From positions 1 to 64,000 of IMG/VR virus record IMGVR_UViG_3300044994_000386: 64,000 bases of DNA; one strand, written 5' to 3'. This stretch comes from a virus. The notes below the pieces were generated by a model. It did no database searches. It was not told where the DNA came from and worked only from the letters and a program-made list of their open reading frames with translations. Of this stretch, positions 48,301 to 56,111 are shown one piece after another. How positions within the stretch are numbered: the stretch's first letter is position 1; each line of letters opens with the position of its first letter. The translations under genes and the position numbers were made by a program.

Positions 48301-49344
48301 ATGAATTATTTAAAAAATTTCTATATGTTTGAGGAAGTTAGGGGTGTTGCTGAAGCTACGCTTTACCTATCTGATTTTCTATGTCAATTTATCACAAAAG
48401 AATCAATTGAGTTTCAAAAAGAAAATGAAGATAAAGAATCAGCAGAATCAACTGAAGAATATATTTTCAATTACAACGATTTAAAACCATATCTTCCAAA
48501 AAAATCAATCTATGCTTACTTCCCAGTTTCAAGGATCAATCTCACACTTTTATTAAAGAAGGAAGTTAAATCGGATACATATCCTTTCAAAATAGGTGGT
48601 TGGGCCGTAAGATTTGGAAAAAAGAAAAAAGGTTATTCTTATTTTAAAAAAGGTGTAAAAAAAAATAAAGATCATTCAATATCTATTTCTATGGGTATAG
48701 AAGTATATGTTGGTAATCTTGACTTAGAGTTGGATACTGATAATAGTTTTCAGATAAAACTCGAAGCTGTAATTTTACATGAATTAAATCACTTCTATGA
48801 ACATTATAATAGAAGTTGGGATCCATATGGTAGAGAAATTGAAACAAGTGTAACTTGGGCGTCTATTGGTGATATACCAAAAAATGTGAATGAAAAAGTA
48901 TATATTTTCTGGCAAGATAATTTTACTTATTATATTTATCAATCTGAACCTCATGAAGTAAATGCTCAAATTCAAGAAGCTAAGCCATATGTTGATAAAT
49001 TAAGTTTTAAAGAACTTAAAAAAACAAACTTTTGGAAAAATATTAAGGCTATGCAGAATTACGATGAACAAAAGTTTTTACAGAAATTTCATGAGGAAGT
49101 ATTAATTCATGATCCTACTTTAATTGAATCAGAAGTGCTTTCACAATATATAAATATTTGGAAAAAAGAATATAAAAAATTATATAAATTACAAAAAGAT
49201 AAAAATAGTCCAAGACCAGAATTCTTCGAAAAAATGTCAGATAGTCAATTTATGAATTACTGGGGTAAAAAAATCAGAGAGGCTGGTGGTAAAATAGTAA
49301 GAAAAATTATTAAACAATATTCAAATAAACAAAAAGAGGACTAA
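48301..49344 (+). CDS. Putative zincin metallopeptidase
   Basis: VILHELNHFYE and downstream EVNA. Confidence 0.5.
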   Translation: MNYLKNFYMFEEVRGVAEATLYLSDFLCQFITKESIEFQKENEDKESAESTEEYIFNYNDLKPYLPKKSIYAYFPVSRINLTLLLKKEVKSDTYPFKIGGWAVRFGKKKKGYSYFKKGVKKNKDHSISISMGIEVYVGNLDLELDTDNSFQIKLEAVILHELNHFYEHYNRSWDPYGREIETSVTWASIGDIPKNVNEKVYIFWQDNFTYYIYQSEPHEVNAQIQEAKPYVDKLSFKELKKTNFWKNIKAMQNYDEQKFLQKFHEEVLIHDPTLIESEVLSQYINIWKKEYKKLYKLQKDKNSPRPEFFEKMSDSQFMNYWGKKIREAGGKIVRKIIKQYSNKQKED

Positions 49345-49358
49345 AAGTCCTCTTTTTT
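49331..49358. terminator. Bidirectional intrinsic terminator
   Basis: aaaaagaggact-aaa-agtcctcttttt. Confidence 0.8.
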
Positions 49359-49433
49359 ACACTGACCATCAAGAAAAAAAAAACAGAATTTGATGAATTT
49401 GAACTTTAGTGACTCAAAACACTAATGTGTAGT

Positions 49434-50156
49434 TCATATTAATTGATTTTGCTTTTTGTAGTATTCATCGAATCCTTCAAGAAGTTTAGACATTGTAGGT
49501 GATTTTTCAGTGCCAATAATTTCATCAATGATTCCAAATTCAAGAGCTTCGTCAGAATTATACCACTTATCACGTTTAGAAAATTCAAGTATTTGATCAA
49601 AAGTTTTACCACAATTTTGAGCTAAAATTTTTAATAGAATGTAATTATATTTTTCGGCTTCCATTTGATTGATACGGGTATCTTGAATGTTACCTTGTGT
49701 ACCATGTGAAACCTGGTGTGTCATTACTTTTGAGAATATCAAAGATGATCGTTTACCTTTTGTTCCTGATGAAAGAAGTACAGACCCCATAGAGGCACAA
49801 ATACCTGTGTTTATAGTGGCTACATCAGAATTGATATAATTCATCACGTCTATAATACCTAATCCTGATTTAACAGAACCACCGGGCGAGTCAATGTGCA
49901 TTGTGATATCTTTTTTCTCAACTGAATCAAGATAAATTAATTGTGCTTGAATGATAGTAGACATATTATCATCCACAACACCAGTTGCCCAGATTAATCT
50001 TTCTCTCATTAAACGAGAAAAAACATCCATTTGAGTTACATTCATTTGTCTTTCTTCAAGAATGTAGGGAGTTAAAGCGTTTTCAAAATAGTCCATCTTT
50101 AATGATGAGATACCTCTGCTTTGTGAGAATTTTCTGAAATCCTTTGCGTAATCCAT
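49434..50156 (-). CDS. clpP: ClpP protease proteolytic subunit
   Basis: DVFSRLMRERLI, IDSPGGSV, CASMG (Ser), MTHQ (His), RDKW (Asp), FGIIDEI. Confidence 0.93.
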   Translation of the reverse strand: MDYAKDFRKFSQSRGISSLKMDYFENALTPYILEERQMNVTQMDVFSRLMRERLIWATGVVDDNMSTIIQAQLIYLDSVEKKDITMHIDSPGGSVKSGLGIIDVMNYINSDVATINTGICASMGSVLLSSGTKGKRSSLIFSKVMTHQVSHGTQGNIQDTRINQMEAEKYNYILLKILAQNCGKTFDQILEFSKRDKWYNSDEALEFGIIDEIIGTEKSPTMSKLLEGFDEYYKKQNQLI

Positions 50157-50447
50157 TTTTTTTTATTTTAATATAGTTTAACCATTATTTATTTGTTTCT
50201 CTGGCATAACGACTATTTGATCATTTATAAATCAAAGACTAATGATTTTGATATTGTTATCTGATCGACCTATTCAGTTACTAATTTTTTGGCTAATACA
50301 AATTTTACCAGTGCCAGTAAGGTTGTAAAATTTATCATGAAATATATACTCTTGGTAATCTTTTTTGTTATGTATTGGTTTTATTTTCATAAAATATAAT
50401 TTTTGAGTTAAAAAAATTAATATATATTACAAATATAATATTTCTAT

Positions 50448-50705
50448 ATGAAACCAATTAAAAAGTTTGAAGAGTTTATTTATAGCGGTGGTGATACTCA
50501 ACCATCACCAGGTACAAAACCTATCGAGACACCAACAAGACCAAGTACTAAACCTTCACAAAAACCAAACAAGCCTTCGCCTATTAGAAGAGATAAACCA
50601 GCCGTAGTACCAGCCCCAAAAGCTAAAAAAGAAAATGAGTTACCAACCGCTACGGTTGATGATGTAATTCAAAAATTTGCAAAATTGACAAATCAAAAAA
50701 AATAA
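50448..50705 (+). CDS. Small Pro-rich protein
   Basis: MKPIKKFEEF start; P/K/T-rich. Confidence 0.65.
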   Translation: MKPIKKFEEFIYSGGDTQPSPGTKPIETPTRPSTKPSQKPNKPSPIRRDKPAVVPAPKAKKENELPTATVDDVIQKFAKLTNQKK

Positions 50706-50715
50706 TCATTATGTA

Positions 50716-52200
50716 ATGAAAAGCTTCCAAAAATTTTTAGAAGAAGTAACAATAAAAGGTAATCCTGCTATACCAGGTGAAAATGGAAAAAAACCTGGTG
50801 ATAAAGACTATTTAAGAGACATTGAGTCTAGAGCAAAAGCTAGATTGGGCATTTCAGGAAGAGAAAATCCTATGCAGTTTGGTGGAAGAATTATGCAATT
50901 ATTATCTCTATCACAAAGAATGACTCGTGGTCATGAAAAAGAGTTAGAGAAATTAGCAAAAGAAATCATACTTAAAAACTATGGAGAAATCTTAGATGGT
51001 GTTGAATTAGATATAAAACTTTTTGGTTCTGGTCAACAAATTGCTAAATTTATGAAAAATGTTAGTAAAGAACAAAAAGAACAACAAGAAGTTGAAAATA
51101 ACAAAAATTATCCGGTTATGAGACAGATTAAAGATCCGGATACCATCAATAAAATTCACAAAGCAAAAATAGGAAATAATATTATTCAAGGTGAAGCTAA
51201 AAACACAAAACATATTATCGCAACCGAAGAAGTTAAAAATGGCTTGATTAAAATTTTTGGAGATAAAGCTGAACAATTATTAAATATATGGAAAGAAATA
51301 AGTAATTTGGCTGATAAAATGGATTGGATTATTCCAATTGATAATAAAGCCGAAATGATGGAACGTGTCCCTGATGGAATGGCAGGAGCTGTTTCGATAG
51401 ATTGGAAACCTAAAGAAGACCAATCTAAGGAGGATGAAAATAAAGATTTCGCTACAAAAATATTGAATGATTTAGCAAATGAAATAGAGCCTGAAGAAAA
51501 AGATATAGAAAAATTACAAGACGAGTTTGAATTGATGCAGCCTCGAATTAGAGCAAGAGGCATAGATTTCCCTATGTTGATTCATGAAACTGTTAAAGGT
51601 ATTTACGAATTAATCGCTTCAGTTCAATTTCCAAGTAAAAATGCTTCAGAGGATGAAATTAAAAAAGCACAAACTGTTGAATTAAACGTAAGTTCTTTTA
51701 TGGATGAAGCAGAAGATTTTAGAACAGGTCCAGAAATTGCTGCTGATTTTAGAGATTTCATTAATGCTAATCCAAAAGCAACTCATCCAAATATGAGAGC
51801 ATTTATATTTGGGATGTTAATGGATTCAAATTATATCTCAGATGAAGAATTTTTAAAACTATTTAGAGGTATATTGAATGGCACACAAGAGGCTCGTAAA
51901 AAAATCGATGAAATGATAGATGAGGTAAATAAAAAATTAAACCAATATGAACTGAGTCAAGTTATTGATATTGAAGAACCAGAGATCGAAATTCCTCAAA
52001 ATTCGAATCAGAAAAAAGATTATTCAGAAATGTCACAAAAACAAATTCAAGAGTTAATTGATGACGCTTTAGATGCAGGTGATATGGATAAAGTAAAAAT
52101 ACTTTCTCAATATTTAAAAGAAGGTGCTAAAATTTACCTATCAGAATTAAAAAAATTAAATGAAGGTTATATACCTCATAATAAATTAAAAAAAAAATAA
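50716..52200 (+). CDS. Hypothetical, probable virion/internal protein
   Basis: MKSFQKFLEE start; FPMLIHETVKGIYE. Confidence 0.65.
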   Translation: MKSFQKFLEEVTIKGNPAIPGENGKKPGDKDYLRDIESRAKARLGISGRENPMQFGGRIMQLLSLSQRMTRGHEKELEKLAKEIILKNYGEILDGVELDIKLFGSGQQIAKFMKNVSKEQKEQQEVENNKNYPVMRQIKDPDTINKIHKAKIGNNIIQGEAKNTKHIIATEEVKNGLIKIFGDKAEQLLNIWKEISNLADKMDWIIPIDNKAEMMERVPDGMAGAVSIDWKPKEDQSKEDENKDFATKILNDLANEIEPEEKDIEKLQDEFELMQPRIRARGIDFPMLIHETVKGIYELIASVQFPSKNASEDEIKKAQTVELNVSSFMDEAEDFRTGPEIAADFRDFINANPKATHPNMRAFIFGMLMDSNYISDEEFLKLFRGILNGTQEARKKIDEMIDEVNKKLNQYELSQVIDIEEPEIEIPQNSNQKKDYSEMSQKQIQELIDDALDAGDMDKVKILSQYLKEGAKIYLSELKKLNEGYIPHNKLKKK

Positions 52201-52208
52201 ATAGGTAT

Positions 52209-53960
52209 ATGTTAATCATAAAATATAATGATTTCTTAGATATAAGATTAAATGAGAATGTTCAAGCAGCAAAGGCTTACTTGAGAGATTTAGCTTTGGC
52301 CAAAAAGAAAAATATAGATAAAAATGCAGAGCTAACTCCTGAAGAAGTACGTAGAGTAGAAAACAATCCAGATTTCTTAAAAATAAAAGAAATGCTGAAA
52401 GATAACCCAGGATACACCTATGCTTTCACAAGGTTTTTCTTTGATGAGGGAATTGATATTAATGAGTTGCAAAGAGTCTATAACAAGCTTAAAGAATTAA
52501 GACAATCTCTTAATTTATTATCAATGCCCATTGATAAGTTTGCTGATGTAAAACCATCGAATGAAGATCCACGTAAAGGTTTTGAAAGATTACTTGATGA
52601 TATTGCTAAAATTGAGATTTCTCGTACTGTTAAGAAATGGGTAAATCAATTACCAAGTGATTTAAAACGCGAATACCAAAATGCTTCAGTTGTTCAAAAA
52701 GAAAAAATTAAAGGTATTGCAATAGCATTTGATGAATTTGGTAAAGAACTAGACGGTACTAAAAATTGGGAAAAAAATAAAGAATTACAGGATTTATTTT
52801 TCTTAAAAGTTAAAAGATATAAAAATATATCCGACTTAATTATAGCTGCAAATAATTATATTAAGGCCGCAAATAATGCTCAAATTTCTAAATTCTTACA
52901 AGCTATTCAAAAAGTTAATGTTAAATATGGCCAGATGAATGGTGTTGAAATCATTTTTGATGAGAATAGAATTTTGATTATTGAGGTTAAATCTTTTTTT
53001 GCTAACAGAGAATTAAACTCTAATACAGCACATTGTATTGCTTCTTCTCATAGTCAGTGGGATAATTACGTCGGTGCTGATAATATATATAACAAGCAAT
53101 ATTATATTTACAATTTTAATTTACCACCATCTGATAACTATTCAGTTATTGGTATTACAATTGGACCTGGAAATAAAATCACTGCATGTCATGCTAAAGA
53201 TGATAGAAATATATCCGGTTCAATTAAAACTATCCTAAAACAATGGCAGAATAATTATAATATAAATGTTAATATATTAGAATTATTAGCTGCAATGACA
53301 CCAGACGAAATTGAAGCCAAAAAGAAAAGAATTGCTGCAAATAAAGAAATTGTTAAACCTGGTCTTTCTATTGATAAAATTAAACATTATCTTGAAGAAG
53401 GTGCTGATCCAAATGCTCAACAAGGTAAGCCTTTAAATAATGCGGTTAAAGAAGATGATTATGATAAGGCTAAACTTTTATTGGAAAAAGGTGCCTCACC
53501 AAATATTGGTAATTCAATTAAATATGCCAAAAACCTTGATATGATTAAGTTACTAGTTGACTATGGTTCTGAAATCAATAATGATGTTTTCCTCAATATT
53601 ATCAATGATTATGACGCAGTTGAGTATGTATTAAAAGCAGGAATTGATCCAAACTTTGAAAAAGGTCTTCCATTAAGAAATGCTGCTAAATTAGGTAGAA
53701 CTGATATTATGAAGCTTCTTATCAAATATGGTGCTAGAATTTCTGAAAGAAGATATATGGTTGTTAAATGGGCACTTGAATGGGCACAGATTGATGCGAT
53801 TAAACTATTATTTCAAGAACTTGAAAAATCAGGTAATAGTGTTGATAAAGAATTCTTAGAAAAATCACAATTCAAACATTGGGTACAAACTTCTGATAAA
53901 GTATCTGAAGATAAAATTAAAAAAGTTCTAGACTTCTTAGATCAATATGGAACTAATTAA
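52209..53960 (+). CDS. Ankyrin-repeat protein
   Basis: LEEGADPN..PLNNAV..LLEKGASPN, PLRNAAKLGRTDIMKLLIKYGA. Confidence 0.8.
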   Translation: MLIIKYNDFLDIRLNENVQAAKAYLRDLALAKKKNIDKNAELTPEEVRRVENNPDFLKIKEMLKDNPGYTYAFTRFFFDEGIDINELQRVYNKLKELRQSLNLLSMPIDKFADVKPSNEDPRKGFERLLDDIAKIEISRTVKKWVNQLPSDLKREYQNASVVQKEKIKGIAIAFDEFGKELDGTKNWEKNKELQDLFFLKVKRYKNISDLIIAANNYIKAANNAQISKFLQAIQKVNVKYGQMNGVEIIFDENRILIIEVKSFFANRELNSNTAHCIASSHSQWDNYVGADNIYNKQYYIYNFNLPPSDNYSVIGITIGPGNKITACHAKDDRNISGSIKTILKQWQNNYNINVNILELLAAMTPDEIEAKKKRIAANKEIVKPGLSIDKIKHYLEEGADPNAQQGKPLNNAVKEDDYDKAKLLLEKGASPNIGNSIKYAKNLDMIKLLVDYGSEINNDVFLNIINDYDAVEYVLKAGIDPNFEKGLPLRNAAKLGRTDIMKLLIKYGARISERRYMVVKWALEWAQIDAIKLLFQELEKSGNSVDKEFLEKSQFKHWVQTSDKVSEDKIKKVLDFLDQYGTN

Positions 53961-53963
53961 AAT

Positions 53964-53994
53964 AAAAAACCCACTAAAATTAGTGGGTTTTTTT
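53964..53994. terminator. Bidirectional intrinsic terminator
   Basis: aaaaaacccactaa-aa-ttagtgggttttttt. Confidence 0.85.
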
Positions 53995-55441
53995 ATAACT
54001 CAATTGAGTTGATTCGGTTGTATAAGGCTCGTTTGTCTTCCTCCATCATTTTCATGATGTCAAAGACTCTATCAGAGAAACCAGCTAAAGCAAATACTTT
54101 AGGCTCTGGGAATTGAAGAGTTCCATATCCTTGTAAGTCCCAAGAGTAAACATAAGGATTACAGTTGAACTTCTTCTTGTAGTCGGCAAACTGAGCAGTG
54201 GGTGTATTGTAGCCAATCCAGCCCTGCATATCTGATAAGATAATTACTCTATCATAAGATTTATTAGCCTTAATGAATATATCTTTGAAGTTAGTTCCAC
54301 CACCTGAAAAATTGAACTTACTACGGATAGTAAAAATAGAATCCATTGGATTATATTCAATGTAGCTAGCATAATTCGCAAAAGTCATAACATCACAGCT
54401 ATTAGCTTTAGCAATCATAGCACCAAATAGAGATGCAATTTCAGAAGGACGACCACTCATAGAACCAGATACGTCAATGACAACCAAAGTTTCGCCATTA
54501 AATCTTGGAACATTTACTACCGAAAAATCTAAAGCTTTATTGATGGCAACCAATACTTTACGAACTTCAGATGAAGAGCCAAGTTTTGAGACTTCTTCAT
54601 AAGCAGTCGAAAAACGGAAAGGTAGAACTTTAGATTTTCGAATCATTGATTCGTCAATTAAAAGAGTACAAGCTGCATCTACCACTGATGGTGCCTGAGA
54701 AATAATATTTCTCAAGTTTTTCAAAAGAGCAAAGTAACCAATCTTACGAGTTTGAATTAACTCAGACCATGCATCGGCTTTAAGTTGACTTAATTCTTCT
54801 TCGTTAGAAGCATTTTGACCAGCCTGAGAAAGCATAGCCTCCCAAGTATCAGTGTTTTTTAATTTACCGCTGATCAAGGCTTTCAAAGCTTCGGAATTTT
54901 TCTCGGTAGGAACCGGATGAACCAAGTTTACCACGTCAACTAATTTGAATTTTTTAGATTCACCTTTGTACTTAGCCAATTGATAAGTATCAAACTTATC
55001 GAAAGCTTTAGCAAATCCTTTTTTTAAAGAATTTGGAAATTTAGGTTTATTCTTATCGGTTTTGTAGTTAACATAGTAAGACATAATTTCAGTCATATCA
55101 TCAACACGACTAACAACCTTATTATAAAAATTTTTAGACCATTCTTGACCAGAGATATATAATGCTAATTCAGCGGCAAGTACATGAGTAATACTTCTCA
55201 TTCCGAATTCATCACGAGCAAAAATAGCAGCTTTAGCCGCAAATTTAGGATCAACTTTAGATAAGAGAGCCTTTAAATCGTCAATTGATTGGTCAGCCGA
55301 TCGGTAAAACTGGTTGTTAACAAATGATGTCAACAACAAAGAAACAAGAGACAGTTCATCAGTTTTGCGATAGGCTTCACCACCAGCAAGATTAATTGTT
55401 TTTGTTTTTGGTTTTGATTCTGTTTTGTTAAACTTTGACAT
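53993..55441 (-). CDS. Ro60/Rsr TROVE-vWA RNA-binding protein (start corrected to MSKFN)
   Basis: NLAGGEAY, FDTYQLAKY, LVHP, TWE, ALLKNLRN, LPFRF, vWA MIDAS DVSGSM, GGTNF, ILSDMQ. Confidence 0.92.
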   Translation of the reverse strand: MSKFNKTESKPKTKTINLAGGEAYRKTDELSLVSLLLTSFVNNQFYRSADQSIDDLKALLSKVDPKFAAKAAIFARDEFGMRSITHVLAAELALYISGQEWSKNFYNKVVSRVDDMTEIMSYYVNYKTDKNKPKFPNSLKKGFAKAFDKFDTYQLAKYKGESKKFKLVDVVNLVHPVPTEKNSEALKALISGKLKNTDTWEAMLSQAGQNASNEEELSQLKADAWSELIQTRKIGYFALLKNLRNIISQAPSVVDAACTLLIDESMIRKSKVLPFRFSTAYEEVSKLGSSSEVRKVLVAINKALDFSVVNVPRFNGETLVVIDVSGSMSGRPSEIASLFGAMIAKANSCDVMTFANYASYIEYNPMDSIFTIRSKFNFSGGGTNFKDIFIKANKSYDRVIILSDMQGWIGYNTPTAQFADYKKKFNCNPYVYSWDLQGYGTLQFPEPKVFALAGFSDRVFDIMKMMEEDKRALYNRINSIEL

Positions 55442-55535
55442 ACTATATAAATTTATTTTGTTTTCTATAGACAAGGACTCGTAGAAATCATTATTGGCTT
55501 TTGAATCATGCGAGTGTATAAAACTCAATCTATAC

Positions 55536-55576
55536 AAAAAAAAAATCAGAGTTACTTAAACTAAATAACTCTGATT
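55536..55576 (-). terminator. Intrinsic terminator between the Y-RNA-like elements and Ro60
   Basis: Minus strand AATCAGAGTTA-11 nt-TAACTCTGATT followed by a T run. Confidence 0.7.
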
Positions 55577-55596
55577 ACAAATATATATATAAAATT

Positions 55597-55889
55597 AGAC
55601 AAATAGGAAAAGCTAGTTGAGCTTTTTTTTATATTTAACTTTATCTAAATAAAAGTTAAAAAATAGTTGATTGATTTTTAGGTCTATCATCAAAACCCCA
55701 ATCTTTGGTTCATTTTGGTCAGAACTGCTATTCGTAGCAAACGTCTATTTTTTTTTAATCTTCCTCTCCAAAGTATTAAGTTTTTTTTTGGATATAGAAG
55801 CATCTAAAACCATAGATAGTTTTTAGAACTTTCATGATAGTTTTGAATTTTTCTTATCGAAGTAACTCATCCTATCACCATATTTGTCT
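55597..55889 (-). ncRNA. Long Y-RNA-like element (about 293 nt)
   Basis: Ends pair (AGACAAATA/TATTTGTCT); 5' GTGATAGGATGAGTTACTTCG and 3' GCTCAACTAGCTTTTCC form an inner stem; next to Ro60. Confidence 0.65.
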
Positions 55890-55905
55890 AATAATTTTAA
55901 CATGT

Positions 55906-55973
55906 AATCAGAGTAAGTTTTAGAAAAGTATTTTTCTATGCACGCGAAGTAACTTTTCTAATCACTACTGATT
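55906..55973 (-). ncRNA. Short Y-RNA-like element (about 68 nt)
   Basis: AATCAG/CTGATT closing stem, TTAGAAAAGT/ACTTTTCTAA inner stem, same GTGAT..AGTTACTTCG motif. Confidence 0.65.
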
Positions 55974-56111
55974 TTATTGTTATACATAAGGTTTTTAAAA
56001 AGTTTACAAAAATAATAATTTTTTTTAATAATTTGTACATATATATATGAACATATAAAATTTAATTTTTTTTAAAGTGGATTTTTTATAGTCCATTTTC
56101 TATATACTTTA

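Noticed and set aside
55442-55537. 32-aa N-terminal extension of the TROVE ORF
   Set aside because: Begins at TTG inside the terminator T tract; MSKFN at 55441 looks like a typical TROVE start.
55597-55973. tRNA genes upstream of TROVE
   Set aside because: No cloverleaf, T-loop or anticodon arm could be identified.
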